Of a stretch of DNA of 64,000 nucleotides, positions 22,034 to 33,900 are shown in pieces (the stretch's first letter is position 1; every line of letters begins with the position of its first letter). The DNA is taken from contig NC_086097.1 of the NCBI RefSeq assembly GCF_963921235.1, positions 147,500,001-147,564,000 of the forward strand, written 5' to 3'. Position numbers and translations under genes: made by a program. This stretch comes from Mobula hypostoma. Taxonomy: Eukaryota. Under the pieces are notes generated by a model. That model made no database searches. It saw only the letters and a program-made list of their open reading frames with translations, and was not told the DNA's origin.

Positions 22034-25000
22034 ATCCCTGGCATTATTAGCTGCTGAAAATAAATCTGTACAATAAAAAAACTGACAATAATAGTAAAGT
22101 CTTTATAAAATTGTTATGGCGCAGTAGAAGGAGGTTATTGGGCCCATTCATCTTATGCTTCCTGTCAGTCCTATTTCCCTTGTTTTTGCCCCATTGCCCT
22201 GCATGTATTTTATGTCAAATACCCACTTAATTCTGTTTTGAAGCCATATGATTGATGCTGTCTCTGAATTCTAGACATAACTACTACCTGATTCAAAAAT
22301 GAATTTTGTTCAATTCTTCTTATATCATACCAACAAAATTTAAATCTGTTTTCCTACTCCTTGATCTATCCAGTAATAGGAACAGCCACCTGCCTTATTT
22401 CCAATCAAAACCTATCATAATGTTATGCATCATTGTCAGATCTCCTGTAAATCTTCCTTTCTCTGAGGAGAATAGCACCAACTTAAAACACCATTTTAAT
22501 CTAAAGCTGAAATTTCTTCCTATTTTATTTGTTAAACAATAAAATTTATTTGATCTGCTAAATATATTGTTCATAACAATATTTTTTACTCTGCCCTGGA
22601 TAACTGCAAAACCTCATCTTGTGTGAGATCCTTCATGGGGGAAGGTTAAGCCAAGGTGTGAGCTGCCTGTCCTGCGAGATATACATTGATAATAGAAATA
22701 CCATAATCTTGCAGAGACTTTTTGCAGTGTCCTAGAAAACACTATTCTCTCGAGTAATATGATAAAGAGTCAGAATCTCACCCAACTATGGAATTTATGG
22801 TAAGTCCATTTACAATGATGAAATGTGATTAACTCTGATTTGTTTTTAAATGTGCAATTTTTAAACAAGCAAAGAATTTCAGTCAGAGCAAAGTTGCAAT
22901 GAACTAAAATGGAATAATTAACCATCCATTATAGCGATATGCATGATCTGCCAAAAACTCTTACACATGATGAATCTAACTTTATCTTGTGTCAGTCAAA
23001 CAATAATGAAACGCTCACATTACATTATGTGTGGTTCAATCTCCAGGTATATGTGTTTAAGCATGTCACACCTCCAAAACAATTATTCACTGAAGAATCA
23101 ATCAAGCCTTTAACACTTTAGGAAGTCATTATTTGAAGAATTAAATATATTTCACAATTTTAAGTTATCTTAAAGAGATTCACAGCTATTAAAATAATTT
23201 CAATGCTGCAAGTATTGCAATATAACCATAAATTACATTCATACAGTGCCTCTCATGCAACAAAACATCGCAAAACACTAAATCACAAGTGATTGAGCTA
23301 AATATGTCAAAAAAGCTTCATCAAAGAGGTGAGTTTTGTGGAATGTATTGTGGAGAAAAAATGGATAGAGAGGAAATAAACCCAAAGCATCAAACCTTGG
23401 AGGCAGAAGATATGAGTTCCAATGGTAAACTGATTAAATACAAGCGTGATCAAGAGGCCAGAATCAGTTAACAATATCTTGAAGAGCTGGGGAAAATCAC
23501 AGGAAGACTCTGCAAACAGCAGTAAGAAAAGAACCATGTAATGTGTTGAATTTTGTTGTAGGATTGTTGTTGACTTGCATGCAAAGTTATGCTCCAACTT
23601 TACAGTACTTCAGACCAATGCTGAACATACTTAGTGGCAACCTAAGATAGCAGCCAGATAGTGGTATCTCCATCATCGCAGCACTCCATCTGCATTGCAG
23701 TGAAATATTAGTAGGTTGTCTGTTCAGTTCTTTGAGCTAGGGGTTCAAACCCTGGTGTTAAGAGGTTACAATCCTGACTTTGATGGATGAAACAGTGGAA
23801 TGGGTGATACACTCAGATGGACATGAGGTGTCAAGGCTGTGTTGACTTATTTCCATCTGTTGTCTCTCAATCAAAGCTGGAGGCTGGTGGGGAGGATACT
23901 ATAGATTGAGTGCAACATTGAACATACAGGTCAAATAGAGCAATCACTAGAAAAGGAATAAGTACTAACTGAAAAACTCAAAACATGTTTCCTTCAAGTA
24001 CGTATATATTCAGCGGCTTTTACTGAAGACCAAAAAGCTTCAGATGTCGAAAACGAAAACAAGTGCAAGAAATACCCAGAAGGTCAGATTGCATCAGTCA
24101 GAAGGGAAACAGTTAATATTTTAAGTCGAACAATTAAGTTGAACGTTTTGGCTCCACAGATTCTGCTTGACCTGGTAAGTTCTTCCAATGTTCTATTTGA
24201 TGCCAGAGATAAATTAAATTGTTAAATTGTTAAATTGTCTTAACTAAGACATTAAACATTTGTCCATAATTTGTCCAGAGTGCACAAAAATTCTCTAGTT
24301 ATAATAAATTGTTTTGAACAGTGAAAAAAGCTCAACGGTTTGTTTAATGGAATCCTACTCCTTGTTAAAAGTTTCGAATAGTTTTAGGAGATGAGCTACT
24401 CATCACAGAATATTAATTCCTGCAACAAAATTGGTTGCATGGCTTGTCTGGTTTATTATTGAATTATTCAGGAAATGTTGATGGTGGGACTTGGATGTGG
24501 ATCTATTGTCCATGTTTCATTGGTAACCTTATCTGAAATGACTAGAGTTTGTTGGAGATAGCGAACTGCACATAACTGACAAGAAGTGATCAATAAATAT
24601 TAATTTAATACTTGCTATGATGCAGTTTCAAGTTAAGTAAAGAAGAATACATAATTGGCATTCGAGCTAATGGCATAATTGTGAGCCAGAGGAAGAAATA
24701 ACTGGGGGAAGTGTTTGCTGAAGAGCAAAGAAGTACAGGATGGCCCAGGTTATTGATAGGGGCCTGCATTTTCCTGTGAGGAAGGAAAGTAAAGGCAAGT
24801 GAAACGTGCACATGGTGTTAGCTGAGGGAGAAGGTAGTGGTAACTTTGAGAAACAGGGTATGGTAGGACTGGAAAAGTCAAATAAAATCTAGGTGTAGTT
24901 ATACATCAGTGGGAGTTATATCCACTGTGATGAAGTGTTTTGAGAGGTTAGTCAAGAAACATATCAACTTTTGCCTGAGGGGCGACGTGCGTCTGCTCCA

Positions 25001-28000
25001 ATCAGCCAACTGTCACAACAGGTCAGCAGCAGGTGCCATCTCATTGGCTCTTCACTTAACCCTGAAACATCTGGACAGTGAAGTCACATACATCAAGGTG
25101 CATTCCATTGATTAGGGCTCTGCATTCAATACTATCTTCACCTCAAAACTAATCAATAAGCTCCAAAACTTTGGCCTCAATACCTCCTCCGCAATTGGAC
25201 ACTTCACTTTCTCACTTGCAGACTCTAGTCAGTACAGGTTGACAACATTTCCTCCACAGTCACCACAGGAGCACCACAAGGGTGTGTATTAGCCCTGTGC
25301 CCTACTTGCTTTCTACTTATAACTGTGAGGCTAAGCACAGCTCCAATACCATATTTAAGTTTGCTGATGACACCACTGTCATTGGCTGAATTAAGAGTAG
25401 TGACAAATCAGCAGAAAGGAGGGAGATTGAAAATTTGGCTGAGTGATGTCAAACAGCATTGCTCGGTGAACGCCAGCAAATCCAAGTAACTGATTATTGA
25501 CTTGAGGAGGAGGAAGTAAGAGGACAATAAGCCAGAACTCATCATGATATCAGACATGGAGAGGGATAAATTTATCAGCATTATCATTTCAGAGGACCTG
25601 TCCTGGGACCAGCACTTAAGTATCATTACAAAGAAGACACAGTAGCACCTCTACTTTATTAGAAGTTTGTGAAGATTCGGCATGTCACCTAAAACCGCGA
25701 CAAAGTTCTATAGATGCATGGTGGAGAACATACTGACTGGTTGAATCACAGCCTGGTATGGAAACATAAATGGCCTTGAACAGAAAAGCTTACTAAGAGT
25801 ATTGGATACTGCCCAGTCCATTATGAATGCAGACCTCCCTGCCATTGAACAGATCTACATGGACTACTGTCGCAGGAAAGCAGCATCCATCATCAAGGAC
25901 ACAGGCCACACTCTCTTCTTACTGCTGCCAATAAGAAGAAGGTACAGAAGCCTTAGGACCCACACCACTAGGTTCAAGAAGTGTTATTACCACTGAACGA
26001 TCAAACTCTTGAACGAAAGGGAATAAATTCTTTCAACTTCACTCACCCCTGCACTAAACTGATCCCACAACCTATGGATTCACTTTTAAGTACTCTTCAT
26101 CTCATGTTTTCAATATTTATTGCTTTTTTTTTTTCTTTTTGTATTTGCACAGTTTTTTTTGGTTGCGCATTCTTTTTTCTGTAGGGAAAGTAATTAAGAG
26201 AAACGCAAATAATTCGCAACCACTGACATTGAGTTGGGGTTTCATTCTGACATAATGATGTTATTATGTAAAGATTTTTAGCTCATTTTTGTGTTTAGAT
26301 TTTGGAATTCAATAAAACGTGTAACAAGTTTCATTAGGCATAAACGCTTTACTTAATTTTATTTTCGAAAACCTACATTGGTGACTCCAATGCTCTCGGA
26401 TGATTCCAGAGTTATTGAATATGTCGGCCAATGCAGTTGTTCTGAAACTGCCAGACCTTTGGGAGCAAAATGTTATTGCTTGGTTTATATAGCTGAGGCC
26501 CAGTTCGCTCAGCGAGAAATCACAGCCGACGACACCAAATTCTATTTCGTGGTAGCATCATTCAGCAGTTTCATGGCTGTAAGAGTGATGAGTCTGCTTG
26601 AACATCCGCTTGAATACGATAAATATCGATTGCTGAAAACTCACCTTTTACTGACTTACAGACTATCAGAGTCTGAACACACCAACAGTTATTCTCCCTG
26701 CCCAGTCTCGACGATAATAGGTCTTCGGAGCTCATGGACCACATGCTCTCTCCCCTGGGAAATCACCATCCTTGTTTTATTTTTAAAGAACTCTTCATAC
26801 AGCAAGTGCCTAATCAAGTTCAAATAGCCCTCACTAATAAACCCATGAAGGACAATAGGGAGCTTGCTAAGATGGCTGATAGCCCACACTCATCCAGGCA
26901 GCGGTGCATTGTTCCTCCTCCTTTCTCTACCTCAATGAGCTCGGTCAACAAGGCCCCCAACATAAGGATGCCTGCGGTTTCGAAACAGACATCAGGCCTG
27001 TGCTTTTACCATGCTTGCCTTCTTAGGAAGTGCCAACAACCTTGCAGCTTCGAGGGTGTCAGCACATCAGGACATCAGAGGTTTGTGAACACTGTGAGTT
27101 CCAGCTGCCAGAGTTGTCTACTGTTCATTACAGACACTCTTTCAGGGCAACGCTTCCTGTGTGACATGGATGCTCAAGTGAGTGTTCTTACAGCATTGCC
27201 TATTGATGAGAAGGCGAAGATGAAATCTCGATGGTGTCCACCAATGGCATCCAGACTTATGGGACATGATGGATGACACATCCGTGGGCAACTTTACGTA
27301 TGGGACTTTGTCTAGGCTAAAGTGACTAGACCTCTGCAGACTTCCTGTGTGCCCAAGGACTGTTAGTTGATCTGAAGAACAGCCAGACATTGTCAATGAC
27401 ATTTTGGGCATTATCCTGCTCCCCCTGTAAGTTCCCCACAACAACTCTGTCAAGCGCATGCAACAACACATGTGAGTTTACCTGACTGCTGGACGAATTC
27501 CCAGACTTGACCAAGCCCACATTCTCCACTACAGTCACAAAACATCAGGTTGAGCGCCACTTTCCCACAACTGTGTCCATGCAAAGACTGGACCCAGAAA
27601 AGCTGACAACTGCGAAGGATAAGTTTGCCAACGTAAAAAGTCTTGGCATTGTATGCCAGTCGAATAGCCCAAAGACTTCACCCCTCCATATGGTCCCTAA
27701 TTCTCTTAACTGCCAGTTAGGGGCCCTGCCGTTAACTTTCTCGGCCATCGCATTTCCGCAGAAGGTGCAAAATCCCTCCCATCAAATGTAGATGCTATTA
27801 TGGATTTCCCACCACTCCACACAACAAAAAAACTACAGGAGTTTTTAGGTATGGTAAATTTCTATCATCACTTAATTCCCTGAGCTGCCAAAGTTATGCT
27901 CCCCCAATATAGTGCACTGAAAAACAATACCCCTAATCAAGTGCTTGACTGGTCAATGGACATGACCAGGGAATTTGATGATACCAAATGAGCTCCTTCT

Positions 28001-28152
28001 AACACGACGCTACTGGGGTACCAACTCCCCAATGCACCCATAGCTATTACTACTGATGCCTCAGACTATGCTGTGGGTGCTGTGCACGAAGAGTTGGTCG
28101 GAGACGTGTGGCAGCCGCCCGCCTTCTTCAGCCAGCTGCCCCATCCCCCTGA

Positions 28153-28709
28153 TTACCTTAAACAACTGTGATGTTGGGGCTGCTGGACCATCAAGTCATC
28201 AGCTGGGTCCATCCACCTTCAGGCGTTTCATCCCCTAACCCAGAACTTCTTCAGGATGGTGGGACAGCAGAAGGTGATCAGTTCTACCCCCGACGGTCAG
28301 ACATCCAGCTACTATCGTCTCTTTGCAGCCAAAGCCAACTGGAGGCTCTCTCTGTTGCTTGGCCCATGGTGTTAACGGCTCTCTTTGTGGTTCTCCGTTG
28401 TATCCCTAAAGCTGCCATCACCTTCCAGCATGGCATGGCATGGCGGGAAATCCTCTTGCCCCCACTTCAACAGGGAAGTTCCATGTCTGCCAGCCTTGCT
28501 GTCTGCAGTCCGCCACTAGGTCTTCATACCTCACAAGCTTCCTCTCGTGAGCCTCTTGGCATCGGGTCTCCCGTGGTACTGTTAGCTCTATCACCACGAG
28601 CTTCTTTGCACTCTCTGACAATAGTAGAACGTCTGGTCGAAGTGTGGTCTCTACTATTGGTGGGAACACCAGCTTCTTTTCAAGATTGACCTTCATCTCC
28701 CAGTCCTTT
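28153..28709 (-). mobile_element. HERO/R2-group 3' fragment (restriction-like endonuclease) inserted in the Gypsy RNase H
   Basis: Reads RPDVLL..VVIELTVP..EAHERKLVRY..PVEVGARGF. The Gypsy AFFS..PPE|RKYST sequence is split at the junctions. Confidence 0.9.
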
Positions 28710-30033
28710 GAAAGGAAGTACAGCACGTTTGACCGTGAGCTTCTTGGTCTCTAAATGGCAGTCAGCCTTTTTCATTTTCTTCTAGAGAGTTGCCATTTCA
28801 CAGCATTCATTGACCACAGACCCCCTCGTGCATATGATGGCCAAAATATCAGACCCATGGTCTGCACAGCAGCAACGCCACCTACCCTACATATCAGAGT
28901 TCACAATGAATATACAACATATCAAGGGGAAAAGTAATGCTGTGGCTGAGCGCCTCTCACGGCCAGCCATGACAGCGTATACATGGGGATTGACTATGCT
29001 GGCATGGCAGCTTACCAAGTAATTGACCCAGAGGTACAGGCTTACCCAACAGCATTCACCAGCCTGTGGTTGCCTGATATTAATTTTGGCAAGCTAGGGT
29101 TTCCCTCCCGTGTGATGTCTCAACCAGCTGCCCTCGCCACATCGTGACCGCAAACTGGAGACAGACTGTTTTTGACTCCATGCATGGCATCTTGCATCCA
29201 GACCAGAAGGCCTCAATGTAACTGGTTGCACTAAAGTTGAGATGGCACAGCTTCAGAACGGACTGCTTGATTGGACTGTAGCCTGTGTGGCGTGCCAGCG
29301 GGCAAAGCTTAACCGTCATGTTCAGGCACCAATTGCATCTTTTGAGGTCCCTGAACGACGGTTTGACCATGTCAATGTGGAAGTCGTTGGTCTTAGTCCC
29401 CCCCCCCCCCCCCCCCGCAGTTTCACACACCTCCTTACCATGGTGGGCGGTGTCACCAGGTGACCAGAGGTCATCCCCCTGGCATCAACGATGGCCGAAG
29501 ATGTGGCTCGGGCATTCATCAGCACCTGAGTTGCTCAGCTTGGCACCCCATTTGATATTTCCTCTGACAGCGATCCCCAGTCTATATCAGACCTCTGGGG
29601 TGCGATGGCCCAGAATCTTGGTGTTAGTCTACATCTCACCATGCCTTATCACCCTCACTCCAATGGCCTTTGTGAGCGGTGTCACCGCTCCTAAAAGGCT
29701 GCTCTGAAGGCTTCCCAAACCGACGAGTATCAGCACAGTTGGCTCCCTTGGGTCCTGCAGGGGCTCAGAACAGCTCCAAAGGAGGACCTGCAGTCGTCCG
29801 TGGCTGTTTATATACGGGTGCCAGGTGGTTTCCTTCCTGATACCACAACTACCTGCATTGGCCTCTCCACCCTCCTAAGTAAATTCAATTCCTTTTCACC
29901 TATTCCTAACTCCTAACATGGTTTGAGCACTCTTGGGTTCTGACTCGTTCATTTTCATCCACCATGATGCACACCAACTTCTCTTACGGCCCCCTTACGA
30001 TAGCCTGTTCCGCATTTTAGAATGGGGAGAAAA

Positions 30034-31149
30034 CTGCCGTTAACTCAGCAGTCTCATCTCGCCCATGGGGGCCGGGCCTGGCCAAACCTTCCCACTCCAC
30101 ACCTCTACCTCTTGCTATGGGCACCCGGCCAGGGGCCTCATCTAGCTCCTCCTCCTCCGGCACCTCCTCACTTGTGTCCTCGGGGAGAGTGTGGAGACCC
30201 CACGGCCCTGCCTCCCCCGGGGCATGGACTGTCGCTGGTAGTTCCAAAGTCATGACGTCGGCACTCGTCCGCACCAACATCCAGCTAGCCTCCAGTTCTT
30301 TCCCACCCCTTCTAGCTACAAGTTCTACCTGCCCGATACCTTTAATCAAGCTCAACCCTCGCACCAGTACCTCTGCCGGAATGCGATAATCGACCCCGCT
30401 TACCACACATGCATGATTCACCGGTACCTCCTCCAATTCACACCAACTTACAATCTTATCTCGATCCATCTTCACACCACTTACCACAACGACCAGTACA
30501 ACTTTCCCGAAAAGTCCAAATCCAGGACGGTAGCCCCCACTTGTAACGTTCAGTTATATTAGCTCGTGTATGTCTAGGGGAAATCCAGCCCAGCACATGC
30601 CTCAACACTCCCCACAGGGTCGGTCGCCGCCCGAATCAATCACAAACGTCAATCATCAGCCAGCACACCCAGTGAATTTTAACAAATACACTTTACAGAT
30701 ATTACTAATTCTATGACACTAATATACATTTGATACAGAGAGGAAAGTAATGAAAAAAAAGGGCGCCAACACTTATCAAAGTCCAAGTTCTTCGCGCGCT
30801 ACGTTGGAGCTCAATTCGACTTCAGACGACCACCCGAATTCCGTCGACTCACGGCTCGGGACCACCCTGAGTGATCGACCGGAGCCTCTCCACACATCCG
30901 CGGTCCTCCATGTCTCTCCTCCGACCCCCCCGCCAAAACTCAGTCCACAGTCATATCATACAGTATGGCATCCAAAAACAAAATGATACATAACCACCCA
31001 TTGGCTAATAGAACCCTGTTATCTCATTTTAAAGTAAACAAACTGCTAGCGCAAACTCTCTTCAGCGTTAAAGCACAACAAAGCCGCATTCCACAGATTA
31101 ACATAACAAAGTCGCCATTTTAAATGTAACAAAAGAAAGACCCCATACA
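30034..31149 (-). mobile_element. Truncated second LTR element: 5' LTR (30542-31149), tRNA-Pro-like PBS and PNMA-like gag N-terminus
   Basis: The minus-strand LTR runs TGTATGGGG...AACGTTACA and is followed by TGGGGGCTACCGTCC. ORF 30017..30487 (IVSWCELEEVPVNHACVVSGV..LPATVHAPGEAGPW) resembles the PNMA N-terminal domain. Confidence 0.8.
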
Positions 31150-33322
31150 ATAGCAAACGGGTAAAACTGAACATATTTTGGTAGATCACCTTAAACCGAC
31201 TGGCCCACCAAGATTTGGAGTATTCCACATACATGTGTCAATGCACCTCTGGACAAGCCAGAGGCATCTGCAGTTCCTCCAACCGTGACAACCATGGAAC
31301 ACGGGACTTGAGCTAGGCGACTCGTCCGAGCTCCGGAAAGGCTCATAATGCCGGCTTTAGTGAATTCTGGGGGGGGGGGGGGCAGGCCTGTGTAGGGCAA
31401 CGTGGTTGGGAGAAATGTACATAATTCATACCCACTGAGGTTGAGTTGGGGTTTCACTATAAGAGGCTCATGTGACATGATGATGCTATCATGTAAAGAA
31501 TTTAGTGCACTTTTGTGTTTAGGTTTTGGAGTTTAATAAAATGTGTTACAGGTTTCATTAAACAGAAAACGCCTCACTTCATTTTATTTGCAAAAACCTA
31601 GTCTGTTGGCCTTTGTTGTGTGCATTTTTTTCATTGATTCTGTTGTGTTTCTTTGCATTTACTGTGAATACTGCAAGAAAATTAATCTCAGGGTAGCACA
31701 TGGTTTCCTATATGTCCTTTGATGATAAGTTTACTATGAACTGAGAACTTTATATGTTGATTGTCATGGCTGCTGGGTTTGTTTGACGGTAGCGGGTAAG
31801 CAATGCAAAATAGAAAAAAAAAGCTTACAAAAATGTTAACAATTATGTTTAATGATAGAAATAATTATCACTTCTTAGCCTGGAGAACTGTTTCTTTACC
31901 AATACACTTGTTAAGGGAAATAAACATTAGCACACATGGAGAGGTGTTCTGAGGTCTGAACCAAATGAGCCTCACCAGAGCTACAATTATTGAAGAGCTG
32001 TTAGCTTTATAACAGCTATAATGAATGTTAATTGATTAATTGCTCTGAATAGCACTTAATCATAAATATTTCCATGATTATGTGAACCAAGAATAATACC
32101 GCCGTGGGAACACAGAAATGAATGACAAGAAATGAATGGCAAATTATTGGCCCTTCCATTTCATTAAAAGAAATCATGCTATTTTGTAAAGTAGAAACAG
32201 GTATTCAAAGCAGACTTTGTAACAAGCAATGAAGAAAAATCTTTTCTCCTTTTCTCTGATTTCATCCCATGTGCTACTCGCTATGTTGAACATACAAAAC
32301 AAGAAATTCCAAGCCTTAGACACAGCTATGTGTTGAATGAACGGATCCCAATTCAGTGGTCACAATGAGCAGTAAAAGACACATCAATTGAAAAAAGGTC
32401 TTTAAATTAGCCAGAAATAATATCAGAAAATGCTGATGAAAGGTCTTTGTGTGAAATGTTAACTCTATCCACAGTTTCTGTCTGATCTGCTAACTGTTTC
32501 CAGCAGTTTCTGTTTTCATTGCAGATTTCCAGCATATATTTTTAGGCAGTTTACCACTTACTTCTGTTTAAATTTTTGATCCATCTTGCACCAATCCCCT
32601 AAACTCTGCCCAAAGAACAACCTCAGGAATGCTTAAACTCCTTCTGTCACTATAATATGTTTGGAAAGAGGAAAATAACTTTGGACCTATGGTTTCCAAA
32701 GCCCTCTGCTGGTGGAGTTCCATCTTAATGTAAGCTAACTAATAGAATTTTATTGCTATGATTTATTAAATATTCAACTGTCTCCTTGTGCAATTGACCA
32801 GAGAGATAATAATAATAATAAGTATTTTATTGATCCCCAATGGGAAATTACTTCATAACAGCAGCAACATTTAAAAAATACACTTAGCAATAATAATAAA
32901 TATAACAGTTTTAACTAATAATAAAGTACAGTATAATAATATACACAATAATAATTTACCAATGTGCAATAATGTACAATACTGTGCAATAATAATGCAC
33001 AAAATAATAAAAAAAAAGACTATTGTACTATGATGAGTGTTCTCCTGTCGCACAGAGATGAGCTGTTACATACGTTTATTGCATTTGGTAGGAAGGATTT
33101 TCTGTAATGATCCCTGTGACAACGGAGCTGAATGAGTCTTTTTGAAAGGGTGCACTGCTGCTTATTCAATAGGTTATGGAAAAGATGTGCCTGATTATCC
33201 ATAATGGATAACAGTTTGTTTAGTGACCTCCTCGCCACCACAAACTCAAGAGTCCAGGTTGTAGCCAAGGACGGATCCAGCCTTTTCGATGAGTTTATTT
33301 AGTCTTTCTGCTTCACCAGTGT

Positions 33323-33900
33323 TGCAATGAATGAGGCGAACCCAAACGCAGGACACAGGCACGGAGATTGAGTTAGGATGCAGACGTGAGCTTTGAACGG
33401 TGAACAGGAGGGAGTACAGGAAAGCAGGAGGCAGGCAGAGCTTATTTTGACACAGAGCGTAGAAGGGAAAACAGCAGACAAAACTTTTCTTAGCATGAAG
33501 AGACGGAGTTACACAGGTAAACCTCGCTGCTGAAGTAAAACTTAGAATACTTATCTTGACACGGAGAGAATGCGTTTCACAGGTAAACCTCGGAACTGGA
33601 GTAGAACTTAAAAAACTTATCTTGGCATGGACAGACTGAGTTTCACAGGTAAATCTCGGTACTGAAGCAAAACTTCGAACACACAATCCTAAGCGGCCAG
33701 GAAACATTAATTACCGCACTGGCAAAACCAACGATCTGGCCACTAGTGGGTGCAAAGCCAGGGTTCTTATGCTGCAGGTCTTGAAGAAAACTAGGTGTGT
33801 CGCCATCAAAGGAAATTAGGAGAAAATGGGGAATTAATGGTCAGAACCGTGGCAAAATAAAAGGGAATTAGGAGAAAATGGGGAATTAACGGTTGGGACT
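33323..33900 (-). mobile_element. Solo LTR-like insertion with internal tandem repeats
   Basis: It interrupts the Rex1 coding frame. Its end (cctgcgtttgggttcgcc..ca on the minus strand) resembles the end of the solo LTR at 50817-52091. Confidence 0.65.
33481..33675. repeat. 66-bp tandem repeat, 3 copies
   Basis: CACAGGTAAA starts at 33512, 33578 and 33644. Confidence 0.9.

Larger units (their letters stand above)
26180..31601 (+). mobile_element. Gypsy/Ty3 LTR retrotransposon, decayed, with two nested insertions
   Basis: The 5' LTR is 26180-26377 (TGTAGG..CCTACA), the PBS TGGTGACTCCAATG (tRNA-Trp-like) starts at 26379, a G-rich PPT lies at about 31369-31383 and the 3' LTR is 31391-31601. 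Coding remnants: gag AEAQFAQREITADDTKF and CFYH; protease FLCDMDAQVSVL; RNase H TDASDYAVGAV and KYSTFDRELL; integrase CVACQRAK..RRFDHVNVEVVG. Most of the RT is deleted. Confidence 0.92.
24905..31745 (+). mobile_element. Rex1/Babar LINE (RT 24905-26000; 3' UTR split by Gypsy and resuming at about 31603-31745)
   Basis: Reads STVMKCFERLV, GAPQGCVL, FKFADDTTV and RRYRSLRTHTTRFK. A typical Rex1 3' UTR end (..gcaagaaaattaatctcagggt..tgataagtttact) follows the 3' LTR. Confidence 0.85.

Noticed and set aside
28168..28689. 173-aa plus-strand ORF
   Set aside because: It is antisense to the HERO endonuclease fragment.
33481..33675. Regularly spaced repeats resembling a CRISPR array (also 51233-51365)
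   Set aside because: The whole unit repeats with no unique spacers, there are no cas genes, and the repeats lie inside LTR-like elements in eukaryotic DNA.
33246..33707. 153-aa ORF with repeated motifs
   Set aside because: It is the translation of the 66-bp LTR tandem repeat fused to Rex1 sequence.
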